Part shown: in pieces, positions 49,563 to 58,881 of the stretch
How the letters are laid out: every line of letters starts with the position of its first letter
Position numbering within the stretch: position 1 is the first letter of the stretch
Source: Bacteroidales bacterium
GTDB lineage: Bacteria > Bacteroidota > Bacteroidia > Bacteroidales > Tenuifilaceae
Length of the DNA stretch: 64,000 nucleotides
NCBI GenBank assembly: GCA_013141385.1
Contig: JABFRB010000022.1
Coordinates: 92,106-156,105 of the forward strand
Direction: 5' to 3'
Made by a program: the position numbers and the translations under genes
Notes under the pieces: generated by a model
What the model was told of the DNA's origin: nothing
Seen by the model: only the letters and a program-made list of their open reading frames with translations
Database searches by the model: none

Positions 49563-50909
49563 ATGAAGAAAATCTCATTGTATTTTATTCTATTAGGTAC
49601 TTTCCTATGTTTTGGTCAGCAAAAACTTTTTGCACAAATTGAATACAATCAGCAGTGGCCAAGTTTCCGAGGCCCTTGGGCATGTGGGTATATTGAAAAT
49701 GCTAAAACACCAACTACATGGAGTGTTGATAGTTCAAAGAATATCAAGTGGAAGACCCCAATCCCTGGATTAGGTCACTCCTGCCCTACCATTTGGGATA
49801 ATTACATCTTTATAACTACGGCAAGTAGCGAAAAGCAGAATGAGTCGCTTAAAGTTGGACTCTATGGCGATATTGATATGGCAGATGATAACGGTGTTCT
49901 GGAGTTTAAGGTTTACTGCCTCGATAAAAATACTGGATCGATTATCTGGGAAAGGATTACCCATAAAGGCATTCCAAAATCGAAGCGACATACAAAATCA
50001 TCTCAGGCTAACTGTACACCTTCAACAGATGGAAAGCATCTGGTTGTGCTATTCGGCTCCGAGGGGTTATACTGCTACGATTTGAAAGGTAATTTGCTAT
50101 GGCAAAAAGACCTTGGGATAATGAATCCAGGTCCAGGTGAACCGGGTGTTGAGTGGGGACAAGCAAGCTCACCGATTATCTTTAAAAACTACGTTATTAT
50201 TCAATGTGATAAAAATGTTGATTCGTACCTCACTGCATTCAATGTTGAGAATGGAAAAGAGATTTGGCGTACCACACGCGATGAGGTCTCAACATGGGGA
50301 ACACCTACCATATATACAAAGGATGGTAAATCGCAGGTAATCGTTAACGGCTACAAGTACATGGGTGGGTATGAGCTGGAAACAGGAAAAGAGATTTGGA
50401 AGATGAGTGGCGGTGGCGATGTCCCTTCTACAACCCCCGTTGTTGCTCACGATCTTATTTTCATTTGCAATGCCCATGGGAAATTCTCCCCTATTTATGC
50501 CGTTAAACCTGATGCTACTGGCGATATTACACTTGCACCAGATAGCACCAAAAACAGCTACATTGTATGGAGCATAAAACGAGGCGGTGCATATATGGTT
50601 AGCCCTTTGATTTATGGCGATTACCTATACAATCTCCGCAACAATGGCGAACTTACCTGCTTTAATGCAAAAACTGGCGAGCTAAAATATAAAGAGAATC
50701 TAAAAGATGCCTTTACCGCATCGGGCATTGCGGCTGATGGCAAAATATACTACTCATCGGAGAATGGATCTATCTATGTTATTAAAGCAGGAGTAGAATT
50801 TAAGCTGCTAGCAAAAAATGAGATGAAAGATGTATGCATGGCAAGTCCCGCAATATCTGGAAACGCTTTATTTTTTAGAACGCAACACTATTTGATAGCA
50901 ATAGAGTGA
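49563..50909 (+). CDS. PQQ-like beta-propeller repeat protein (secreted)
   Basis: 448 aa; signal peptide; repeated W-containing blades (…IWE…, …LWQKDLG…, …IWRTT…, …IWKMSGGG…). Confidence 0.5.
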   Translation: MKKISLYFILLGTFLCFGQQKLFAQIEYNQQWPSFRGPWACGYIENAKTPTTWSVDSSKNIKWKTPIPGLGHSCPTIWDNYIFITTASSEKQNESLKVGLYGDIDMADDNGVLEFKVYCLDKNTGSIIWERITHKGIPKSKRHTKSSQANCTPSTDGKHLVVLFGSEGLYCYDLKGNLLWQKDLGIMNPGPGEPGVEWGQASSPIIFKNYVIIQCDKNVDSYLTAFNVENGKEIWRTTRDEVSTWGTPTIYTKDGKSQVIVNGYKYMGGYELETGKEIWKMSGGGDVPSTTPVVAHDLIFICNAHGKFSPIYAVKPDATGDITLAPDSTKNSYIVWSIKRGGAYMVSPLIYGDYLYNLRNNGELTCFNAKTGELKYKENLKDAFTASGIAADGKIYYSSENGSIYVIKAGVEFKLLAKNEMKDVCMASPAISGNALFFRTQHYLIAIE

Positions 50910-51005
50910 TGAATATCATAATAATAGGACATTTATTTATGGCGATAAACTTTATTTTTACAACGTGTCAAAAATCTAATTCATTAACTTGTATACTTTA
51001 AATCT

Positions 51006-51701
51006 ATGAAACACTTTAAAAGCATCATTCTTGTAAGTATTGCCTATGCAATTGGAACTATTTCATGTTCTGTTGATCAATCTAAAAAGCAACATCCGAT
51101 TTATGACAGAACTCAAATTGTAACCCAAGCCGATTCGGCACTAAATCTTCTAATTGCGGGTAATAATCGCTTTGTATCAGATTCAGCATTTGATGATAAT
51201 ATTGGTAAAACTAAGCGAGAATTATTAAAGAGTAAAGGTCAAAAACCTTTTGCAGTAATTGTTACTTGCTCCGACTCGCGGGTCGCTCCCGAGCTTCTAT
51301 TCGATCAAGGTTTAGGCGATTTATTTGTAATTCGTGTTGCTGGTAATGTTTTAGATTCTGTGGGAATAGGTAGCATTCAGTATGCAGTTGAGCATCTTCA
51401 TGTTCCTTTAGTTGTAATTCTTGGACATGAAAGTTGCGGAGCTGTTGCCGCAGCAGTTAAAGGGGGTGAACTACCCGGTTCATTGCCAGCAATAGGGAAA
51501 AGAATTGAACCAAGTATTGAGATAGTTAAAGGTACAGGCGCAAAAGATGATATAACCGATAAGGTTATCGATCAAAATGTTCTTGAAAACGTTTCAATTC
51601 TTGAGAAGGACAAATTAATTGAGGAGCTTATAAAAACATCCAAGGTTAAAGTTATAGGTGCCAAATATCACCTTGAAACTGGGCTTGTGACCTATTTCTA
51701 A
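51006..51701 (+). CDS. Beta-class carbonic anhydrase (secreted/periplasmic)
   Basis: 231 aa; signal peptide; zinc-ligand motifs VVTCSDSRVAPE and LGHESCGAV. Confidence 0.8.
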   Translation: MKHFKSIILVSIAYAIGTISCSVDQSKKQHPIYDRTQIVTQADSALNLLIAGNNRFVSDSAFDDNIGKTKRELLKSKGQKPFAVIVTCSDSRVAPELLFDQGLGDLFVIRVAGNVLDSVGIGSIQYAVEHLHVPLVVILGHESCGAVAAAVKGGELPGSLPAIGKRIEPSIEIVKGTGAKDDITDKVIDQNVLENVSILEKDKLIEELIKTSKVKVIGAKYHLETGLVTYF

Positions 51702-51726
51702 GAACATCCTTAAATCAAACAAAAGA

Positions 51727-51756
51727 GGCTGCTAATTAGCAGTCTTTTTTGTTTAG
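51727..51756 (+). terminator. Rho-independent terminator after the carbonic anhydrase gene
   Basis: GGCTGCTAATTAGCAGTC hairpin followed by TTTTTTGTTT. Confidence 0.5.
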
Positions 51757-52199
51757 AAGTGGTTTAACCGTAAAATTATAATATTCCCTAGGACTCAGTA
51801 TTATTTTATATAGATGGAATAAATTGTTTTGATTGCATGTATAAACTCAGTACACATACATATACCCCCTATCGCAAATTGCGATAGTATACTTGGTTGT
51901 GGTTTAGGGTTTGATACTTCCTTCTTTGAAGGGTATTAGCCTTATCAAGCGGGGTGTTATGAATTCAAACTTTTTAATTCTATTTATCGTCAATAAATAG
52001 TTCCGTAGGAACGAAATATTTGTAGAAAATAGATAATGTATAATTCTAAGCTTCGTAGGAGCGACATATGCGTTGATTTATATGTCGCTCCTACGGAGCT
52101 TAAATACATAATGTGGTTCTTTTCTACCAATATTACGCAACTACGTTGCTATAAAAGGACGAACATTTTTTTTGAATAGGCTATCATTTTTTAACACTC

Positions 52200-52425
52200 C
52201 ACCCGGCAGAGTTTCCCAATGCGCATGACCTTTCAGAGTCTAAAAGACCTGAAAGAGCCTGGTAAGGATAAAAGTGTATGGAAGTACCAGCCAAACGCCA
52301 GCAGGTTCTTCGAACTCTACTGGGTTTTCCAAGGTGCAAGACCTTCCAGAGTCGATAGACCTGAAAGCGTCTCAACTAAAACACAAAGGCCGCAAAGTAA
52401 AAATACTTTGCGGCCTTTGCGTTTC
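52200..52425. ncRNA. Candidate structured small RNA (class unresolved; 6S-like or other), ending in a strong terminator hairpin
   Basis: ~225-bp non-coding stretch with about 48% GC (flanks about 35%); two similar internal hairpins (CTTTCAG-N12-CTGAAAG and CTTCCAG-N10-CTGAAAG); perfect 15-bp stem CAAAGGCCGCAAAGTA…TACTTTGCGGCCTTTG at 52384-52419. Confidence 0.25.
52384..52419 (-). terminator. Perfect 15-bp stem hairpin; terminator for folD (minus strand) and/or 3' end of the candidate sRNA
   Basis: CAAAGGCCGCAAAGTA-AAAATA-CTTTGCGGCCTTTG; followed by T-rich sequence on the minus strand. Confidence 0.5.
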
Positions 52426-52455
52426 CTCCTTAGCGTTCTTTGTGTGAAACCCTCT

Positions 52456-53337
52456 CTACCCGTAAATCTCCCTCTTTGCAGCTTTTAGGGTATTCTTCAG
52501 TAACGATATTATTGTTAAAAGCCCTACACCACCAGGAACGGGTGTGATGTAGCTGCACTTGGGTGCAACCTCATCGAACTTAACATCGCCTAGTAGCTTC
52601 CAGCCGCTCTTGGTTTTATCGGATTTAAAGCGGTTGATACCAACATCAATAACAACGGCTCCTTCCTTAACCATATCGGCTGTAACGTATTCGGCTTGCC
52701 CAAGGGCAACTATAAGGATATCGGCTGTTCGGGTAATTTCGGGGATATTCTTTGTGCGGCTATGGCAAACGGTTACTGTGCAATCGCCCGGATAACCTTT
52801 TAATGATAGTAGGTTTGATATAGGACGACCAACAATATTGCTCCTGCCCAGCACTACGCAATGTTTTCCGGATGTTTCAATTTTATATCTACGCAGTAAT
52901 TCAACTATACCATCGGGTGTAGCGGAGATGTATGCTGGCATTCCAATGGTCATTCTTCCAACATTCAAGGGATGAAAGCCATCAACATCTTTTTTAGGAT
53001 CAATGGCTTCGGTTACCTTTTGCTCGGAGATATGCTTTGGTAATGGCATTTGAACAATAAAGCCATCGATTTCAGGGTTATTATTGAGCTTGTTTATCTC
53101 TTCCAGTAATTGAGCTTCGGTAATAGTATCCTCGAAACGAAGTACTGTTGAACGGAAACCAACCTGATTGCAGGATTTCTCCTTATTTCCAACATAAGTT
53201 TCGCTACCACCATCGTGTCCAACTAGGATTGCCGCTAAATGGGGAACTTTTCCTCCTTGTTTTTTGATGTTCTCAACCTCTTGGGAAATCTCAGCCTTCA
53301 TTTGCTCGGAGATTACCTTTCCATCAAGTAGTATCAT
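52456..53337 (-). CDS. folD: Bifunctional methylenetetrahydrofolate dehydrogenase / methenyltetrahydrofolate cyclohydrolase
   Basis: 293 aa; canonical FolD sequence throughout ([17 protein letters not shown]…, …[17 protein letters not shown]…, …[21 protein letters not shown]…). Confidence 0.9.
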   Translation of the reverse strand: MILLDGKVISEQMKAEISQEVENIKKQGGKVPHLAAILVGHDGGSETYVGNKEKSCNQVGFRSTVLRFEDTITEAQLLEEINKLNNNPEIDGFIVQMPLPKHISEQKVTEAIDPKKDVDGFHPLNVGRMTIGMPAYISATPDGIVELLRRYKIETSGKHCVVLGRSNIVGRPISNLLSLKGYPGDCTVTVCHSRTKNIPEITRTADILIVALGQAEYVTADMVKEGAVVIDVGINRFKSDKTKSGWKLLGDVKFDEVAPKCSYITPVPGGVGLLTIISLLKNTLKAAKREIYG

Positions 53338-53397
53338 AATTAAAGTGAAAATTTAAAAGTGAAAAATGAAAAGTGGATGGATTCTCTTATAATACAA

Positions 53398-53535
53398 AAA
53401 GTGTTCTTGAATTTAATCGCAAATTGCAATAATTTGTAAAACAATTCCTTTAATTTTTAACTTTTCACTTTCCTCTTATCACTTATTATTGCTAATAGTG
53501 TTCCTAAATTTAATCGCAAACTGCGATAATTTGAC
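53398..53535. repeat. Two 38-bp direct repeats (AGTGTTCYTRAATTTAATCGCAAAYTGCRATAATTTG) ~100 bp apart in the folD upstream region, each containing the ATCGCA-N3-TGCRAT palindrome; flanked by GTGAAAA simple repeats
   Basis: Copies at 53398-53436 and 53497-53535 read directly. Confidence 0.5.
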
Positions 53536-53583
53536 TTTGAACTCCAGTCTTCTGTCATCGGACTTCCGTCTTCCAACTTCCCC

Positions 53584-54921
53584 CTATCTCCTAGGCATAT
53601 TCGCCATCATTCTAGAAAGATTCTTACCGCCACCACTACCCGATACCATCTTCATCATCTTGCGCATATCGTCAAATTGCTTTATAAGCTTGTTGACTTC
53701 CTGAATTGATGTACCGCTACCATCGGCTATTCGCTTACGACGACCACCATTCATAACCGAAGGATCTTCCCTTTCTAAAGGTGTCATGGAGTGGATTATG
53801 GCTTCAATATTTTTAAATGCGTTATCATCAATATCAACATCCTTAATGGCTTTGCCCATACCGGGAATCATCCCTGCAAGATCCTTAAGGTTACCCATTT
53901 TTTTAATTTGTCCAATCTGATCGAGGAAGTCGTTATAGTTGAATTTATCCTTTGCAATCTTTTTATGAAGTTCACGGGCTTGCTCAGTATCATACTGTTC
54001 CTGTGCACGTTCAACCAACGAAACGATATCGCCCATGCCAAGGATACGGTCGGCCATACGTTCGGGGTGGAAAACGTCCAAGGCTTCCATTTTCTCGCCA
54101 GTGCTAACAAACTTAATGGGTTTGTCGACAACTGAACGGATTGAAAGGGCTGCTCCACCGCGGGTATCACCATCGAGCTTAGTAAGTACAACACCGTTGA
54201 AGTTGAGCCTATCGTTAAATTCCTTGGCTGTATTAACGGCATCCTGACCTGTCATTGAGTCAACAACGAAGAGTATTTCCTGAGGATCAACTGCCTTTTT
54301 GATTGCAGCAACCTCTTTCATCATCTCCTCATCAACGGCTAAACGACCAGCGGTATCGATAATTACAACGTCTCTGCCCGATGCTTTGGCCTGTTTAACT
54401 GCATCTTTTGCAATTGCAACAGGATCAGTACTTCCTGCTACTGTGAATACAGGAACTCCAATTTGATTTCCTAAAACTATAAGCTGTTCGATAGCCGCAG
54501 GACGATAAACGTCGCCCGCAACCAGCAAAGGTGCTCTACCCTTTTTGGTTTTAAGGTATGTTGCAAGCTTACCCGAGAATGTTGTTTTACCCGAACCTTG
54601 TAAACCTGCAATTAGGATGATTGTTGGGCTACCGCCTAAATTGATATCGGTAGCTTTTCCACCCATGAGCTCGGTAAGCTCATCGTGTACAATCTTAATC
54701 ATCATTTGACCCGGCTTAACGGAGTTAAGCACGTTTTGACCTAATGCTTTGCGCTTTACCTCATCGGTAAAGGTTTTGGCAATTTTGTAGTTAACGTCGG
54801 CATCGAGCAGGGCTTTACGTACCTCCTTAAGGGTTTCGGCTACGTTAATCTCAGAAATTTTTCCTTCACCCTTTAATAGCTTAAAGGATCTTTCAAGTTT
54901 TTCGGATAAATTCTCAAACAT
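53584..54921 (-). CDS. ffh: Signal recognition particle protein Ffh
   Basis: 445 aa; N domain, SRP GTPase G domain (GLQGSGKTT, DTAGR, TKLDG) and Met-rich M domain (…MMKMVSGSGGGKNLSRMMANMPRR). Confidence 0.9.
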   Translation of the reverse strand: MFENLSEKLERSFKLLKGEGKISEINVAETLKEVRKALLDADVNYKIAKTFTDEVKRKALGQNVLNSVKPGQMMIKIVHDELTELMGGKATDINLGGSPTIILIAGLQGSGKTTFSGKLATYLKTKKGRAPLLVAGDVYRPAAIEQLIVLGNQIGVPVFTVAGSTDPVAIAKDAVKQAKASGRDVVIIDTAGRLAVDEEMMKEVAAIKKAVDPQEILFVVDSMTGQDAVNTAKEFNDRLNFNGVVLTKLDGDTRGGAALSIRSVVDKPIKFVSTGEKMEALDVFHPERMADRILGMGDIVSLVERAQEQYDTEQARELHKKIAKDKFNYNDFLDQIGQIKKMGNLKDLAGMIPGMGKAIKDVDIDDNAFKNIEAIIHSMTPLEREDPSVMNGGRRKRIADGSGTSIQEVNKLIKQFDDMRKMMKMVSGSGGGKNLSRMMANMPRR

Positions 54922-55241
54922 ATCTTGTAGAAATAGTTGACAGTTAACAGTTTTCAGCTATTTATTTCGATAGCTTTTAACTTTTCATTTATAGATTTTC
55001 ATTTTCAGTCTGCAAACTTAATCAAAATGGCTGCCTTTTCAAATGGGATTTTGTCAAATTTAATGAGGGGGGTATTTAACTTAAGTTGCTAGTTGCTAGA
55101 GACAAGTTGCTAGTTTATTGTTTTACAGCATCTTATTCATTATGGATTTCACCCTGTTTCAAAGAGATTAAGATTTATTTCAATATAATTATTAAATAAA
55201 TAACTAGAAATCAGCAACAAGTATCTAGGAACTTTAATTAT

Positions 55242-55862
55242 CTACTTCCTGCAAATTACCTGTATAAGCTTAATTGGTTCTTGGGCATCCATAAATTTTA
55301 CGGGTTCTTCGATATCTTTAAATTCATCTATTCCAAAATCTGCAAATTCTTTTGAAACCGATTCGGAATCATAAAAGTATACTTTAACTCCCTTTGAAAT
55401 CTCATATCGATCTTTACTTAAGTACTTTCCACCTCCATACATGCTCATTTGCTTTGATGCAACTAAAAAGAACATAATCCCTCCCTCTTTCAATTGATTC
55501 CAGCATGATTCTAGAAATTTTCGCCTTTCATTTTTATTGAGTAGATGGATTAGCGCATAGCAGAAAATTCCTTCGTATAACTCATTATCAAATGGCATGG
55601 ATGTTACAGAGCCATGGTGTGTTGTACAGTTTATCCCATTGGTTTTAGCTAAAACTATAGCAGAATGCGATAGTTCAATGCCTGTTACGCTAAATGCGTT
55701 ATCGCAGAATAGCTTGGCATTACGACCATAGCCAAAACCGGGTATTAATATCTTATTTATTTTGTTTGATTTGAATAGATCCACTGCAACCATTGCGGAG
55801 TCTGATGGTTCAAATTTCCACATTGCGCCTTCGTTCTTAAATCGCGATTCCCAGTATTCCAT
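55242..55862 (-). CDS. Class I SAM-dependent methyltransferase (TehB/thiopurine-methyltransferase-like)
   Basis: 206 aa; motif I-like ILIPGFGYGRNA; overall Rossmann-MTase layout. Confidence 0.5.
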   Translation of the reverse strand: MEYWESRFKNEGAMWKFEPSDSAMVAVDLFKSNKINKILIPGFGYGRNAKLFCDNAFSVTGIELSHSAIVLAKTNGINCTTHHGSVTSMPFDNELYEGIFCYALIHLLNKNERRKFLESCWNQLKEGGIMFFLVASKQMSMYGGGKYLSKDRYEISKGVKVYFYDSESVSKEFADFGIDEFKDIEEPVKFMDAQEPIKLIQVICRK

Positions 55863-55887
55863 GGTTTTAGTTTATAAAGAGAATCGA

Positions 55888-56205
55888 CTATCCTATAAAT
55901 ATTGAACCAGCAACAGCCACTCCAATGCCTAAAATTGCAGAAAAAATGGACATTGGAATAAGTGCTTTTTTATCTTTAGCCAAGACTATAATCATAATTG
56001 GTATTACCGATAGTTCGCCAATTATTAAGCCCTTTAGCCATGGTTGAATTTCCCAGTGAACGAATGGAATTATCAATCCCAGTACAACCCAATGAACAAA
56101 GGCCGACCAACAAGCGGTTTTATCTAATTTCTGAATAATCATGGGTGTAACATCAATTAACCCGGCTATAATGCCTATGAGCAAGGCAATTAGTATTTTT
56201 TCCAT
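55888..56205 (-). CDS. Small integral membrane protein (hypothetical)
   Basis: 105 aa, three predicted TM helices. Confidence 0.35.
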   Translation of the reverse strand: MEKILIALLIGIIAGLIDVTPMIIQKLDKTACWSAFVHWVVLGLIIPFVHWEIQPWLKGLIIGELSVIPIMIIVLAKDKKALIPMSIFSAILGIGVAVAGSIFIG

Positions 56206-56257
56206 AAATGGTTTATTATATTTTTATAGGGTAAAGTTAGGGATTATTGGTTAGAAA

Positions 56258-56360
56258 TCTTACTCACCCCTGACCCCTCTCTCTGGGCAAGAGAGAGGGG
56301 AACGAAGTAACCAGCAGCATTCCAATTCTCCATTTTTCTCCATTTCTATATTCTATTACT
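56258..56360. repeat. MITE/REP-like repeat copy with CCCCTCTCTCT-GGGCAA-GAGAGAGGGG perfect hairpin
   Basis: TTACTCACCCCTGACCCCTCTCTCTGGGCAAGAGAGAGGGGAACGAAGTAACCAGCAGCATTCC…CATTTCTATATTC; related copies at 56612-56830, 57255-57321 and 58483-58740. Confidence 0.55.
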
Positions 56361-56611
56361 TTTAGAATATTTAATGAATTGTTTCCCAAACTTACTCTCC
56401 CCCAGCCCCATCCGGCTGAAGCAAAACTATCTTCCGGCTCATCATTACCCGAAAATTATGTTTTGTCAACTCAGCTTAGGGTTAGAAAATTCTGTCAACT
56501 TTTTTTAGGACGATACACTCTCTTGATCACCATCTTCCTCCCCCTCTCTATCCTACAAGTAGTAAATAGTAACTAACAAACCTCAAATAAATATATAATG
56601 TTATTTTCGAG

Positions 56612-56830
56612 GATAGAGAGGGGGCCGGGGGGTGAGTCTCTTTTATCCAAACTTACTCTCCCCCAGCCCCTCTCTCTGAGCAAGAGAGAGGGGAGTGAAG
56701 TAACCAGCAGCATTCTAACTCACCATTTTCCTTCATTTCTATATTCGATAGTTTGTAAATGAAAAAAACATTCGCTCAAGAAATGCGTAATCATAACTTC
56801 AAGAATAGAGAGGGGTCGAGGGGTGAGTTT
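56612..56830. repeat. Composite MITE-like repeat copy (inverted terminal segments AGAGAGGGGGYCGGGGGGTGAGT / ACTCACCCC…CCCCTCTCT)
   Basis: Contains both the GAGAGGGGGCCGGGGGGTGAGTC arm (56613-56640) and the forward hairpin arm (56660-56700) plus the shared tail …CAGCAGCATTCTAACTCACCATTTTCCTTCATTTCTATATTCGATAG and a second AATAGAGAGGGGTCGAGGGGTGAGT arm at 56806-56830. Confidence 0.5.
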
Positions 56831-56875
56831 TTTTTATTTATATTTTCATTATCTTGCATTTTAAATGTCTTAATT

Positions 56876-57241
56876 ATGTTTATACCTTCTACCATTGTTC
56901 AAATAGCAAGAGAATTAAGAAGAAATCAAACTCCCGAAGAGGAAATACTATGGCAAGCCTTACGAAATCGTAAGTTGGGTGGTTTTAAATTCCTTCGACA
57001 ACACCCTATAGTTTATGACAAAAATAACCCGCTCCCTGGTTTTATTGTTGCCGATTTCTATTGTGCCGAAAAACAGCTAATCCTTGAACTGGATGGTAAA
57101 ATTCACGATTACCAAAAAGATCATGATCAAAAAAGGGATTTCATAATGGAAACTAAAGGCTATTGGGTAATTCGTATCAAGAATGAGGAGGTGGACAATT
57201 TAGATCAATTATTAGAAAAGATTCGTAATGTGTTAGAATAG
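56876..57241 (+). CDS. DUF559 (Vsr/restriction-endonuclease-like fold) domain protein
   Basis: Start moved to internal Met (MFIPSTIVQIARELRRNQTPEEEILWQ…) because the long-ORF 5' extension runs through a repeat arm; …FIVADFYCAEKQLILELDG…WVIRIKNEEV typical of DUF559. Confidence 0.55.
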   Translation: MFIPSTIVQIARELRRNQTPEEEILWQALRNRKLGGFKFLRQHPIVYDKNNPLPGFIVADFYCAEKQLILELDGKIHDYQKDHDQKRDFIMETKGYWVIRIKNEEVDNLDQLLEKIRNVLE

Positions 57242-57254
57242 TGGTTTTCGGTTA

Positions 57255-57321
57255 ACTTACTCACCCCCAACCTCTCTCTCTGGGCAAGAGAGAGGGGAGT
57301 GAAGTAACCAGCAGCATTCTA
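57255..57321. repeat. MITE/REP-like repeat copy interrupted by the IS630 insertion
   Basis: TTACTCACCCCCAACCTCTCTCTCTGGGCAAGAGAGAGGGGAGTGAAGTAACCAGCAGCATTCTA| ; the tail of the element (ACTCACCATTTTTCTTCATTTCTATATTCGATA) resumes at 58483 after the IS. Confidence 0.6.
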
Positions 57322-58480
57322 ATACCATCTTGAAATATAAAATAGTCCAATATATTTAATGTCGTTTTTTTTTGTATATTTGGACTATAATATAATTCAA
57401 ATATGTCAGCACCCAAAGTCGTTCATATTGGCGAAAGCCTTCAATACCTGAGGGGTCTTTTAAAAAAGACCACCCCCTTTATGGCTCCGCGGGTTAGGAT
57501 GCTTATCGAGATGAAAAAGGCGCAGGATGTGGGTGTGTCTAAGCGGGCACTGGCTGAGCTGGTGGGCGTAAATCACAACAGCATCCAAGCATGGCGGAAT
57601 CTATACCTGTCAGGAGGGGTAGCGCTTCTGATGACTCACAAGAAAACGGGCTATAAGCCGACCAAGATTTCAAAGCAGGAGCATGCAGCCCTTGATCGCA
57701 AGCTCAGAGACCCACAGAGCGGCATTCGGGGGTACACGGAGCTGATGCGCTGGCTTGAGCAGGAGTTTCATCGGAGCGTTAGCTACAATACCCTCTACAA
57801 ATACTGCGTACGCGAGTTCGGCTCATCCGTCAAGGTTGCTCGCAAGAGCCATATCAGAAAGGATGCTGCGGCTGTTGAGGTTTTTAAAAAAACTTCGCTA
57901 AAACCTGCCGCCATGCGATTGCCAGCAAAGGGGGGCGGTTCGAGAGGGTGAACCTTTTCTTCCAGGATGAAAGTCGCTTTGGCCTATTCACCAGGAATGG
58001 TAAGGCGTTGACGGCCAAAGGCGTCAAGCCCATCTGCCCCTTTCATCAGGTTTTTAAGTCCCTCTACCTATACGGCGCATTCTCGCCCGTAAATGGGGAC
58101 TACTTTATGCTGGAGCTACCATCGTGCAACGCCGATCTTTTTCAGGTATTCCTTGATGAGTTCTCACAGCAGGACCCCGATGAACTCAAGCTGATGGTCT
58201 TGGATAATGGCGCCTTTCACAAAGCCATGAAGCTTAAATCCCGGATAACATCATTCCTATTTTCCTCCCTCCATACTCCCCGGAGCTGAATCCAGCCGAA
58301 AAGGTATGGGCTAAGCTTAAGCGTGACTTTACCAACCGGCTGTTCAAAACCCTTGATGAGCTGGATGCTTACCTCTGCAACCTTTCATGCTCGATAACAA
58401 AAAAAGAGGTCATGAGCATAGGAGCGTACAGTTACATTATTTCAAACCCATTTTGGACTATTATATATTTCAATTTGGTA
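57322..58480 (+). mobile_element. IS630/Tc1-mariner-family insertion sequence (~1.16 kb) with ~28-bp TIRs and TA target-site duplication
   Basis: Left end TACCATCTTGAAATATAAAATAGTCCAA vs RC of right end TACCAAATTGAAATATATAATAGTCCAA; TA at 57320-57321 and 58481-58482; internal second copy of the TIR core (TATATTTGGACTA, 57378-57390); GC clearly higher than surroundings. Confidence 0.7.
57403..58470 (+). pseudogene. IS630-family DDE transposase, disrupted by two -1 frameshifts
   Basis: Frame 1 (57403-57951) HTH region; frame shift at or after a G6 run (57930-57935); frame 2 (57948-58289) contains …FFQDESRFGL…; second shift at CTTAAATCCC (~58235) where adding one A restores …KLKIPDNIIPIFLPPYSPELNPAEKVW…. 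Confidence 0.65.
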
Positions 58481-58482
58481 TA

Positions 58483-58740
58483 ACTCACCATTTTTCTTCA
58501 TTTCTATATTCGATATCTTTTAGAATACCTAATGAATTTTACCCAAAACTTAATCTCCTCCAACTCCTGTCTCTGAGCTAGAGTGAGGAGAGTGAAATTA
58601 CCAGAAATCTTACTAGATCACCATCTCCCCCTCTCTATTCGATAGATAGTGAATAAAAAAAACATTCGCATAAGAAAAGCTTAATGTTAATACCTAGAAT
58701 AGAGAGGGGGTCGGGGGGTGAGTCTCTTATATAAAATCTT
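58483..58740. repeat. Remainder of interrupted repeat plus a diverged MITE-like copy
   Basis: ACTCACCATTTTTCTTCATTTCTATATTCGATA…CTCCTCCAACTCCTGTCTCTGAGCTAGAGTGAGGAGAGTG…AATAGAGAGGGGGTCGGGGGGTGAGTCTC. Confidence 0.45.
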
Positions 58741-58881
58741 ATTTCGAGACTTTATGACTTATCATGAGCATTTTTAAGGTTCTGAATAGTTATCATCTTT
58801 CCATTAACATTCCAAAATTTCGCCCATTACTTTTAAACCATTTTCCTTTCTTTGTCTCTTAGATATCAAATAGAAAACCAA

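Noticed and set aside
52219-52488. 89-aa ORF (and antisense 63-aa ORF 52184-52375) as protein-coding genes
   Set aside because: They lie in a GC-rich hairpin-containing segment with a terminator stem inside the ORF. Composition is unlike neighbouring CDSs. More plausibly non-coding RNA or spacer.
57930-57951. Programmed -1 ribosomal frameshift joining the two IS630 transposase frames
   Set aside because: No canonical slippery heptamer (A_AAA_AAG-type). The shift coincides with a G6 homopolymer, and there is a second independent 1-nt deletion downstream, so mutational decay (or sequencing error) is more likely than programmed frameshifting.
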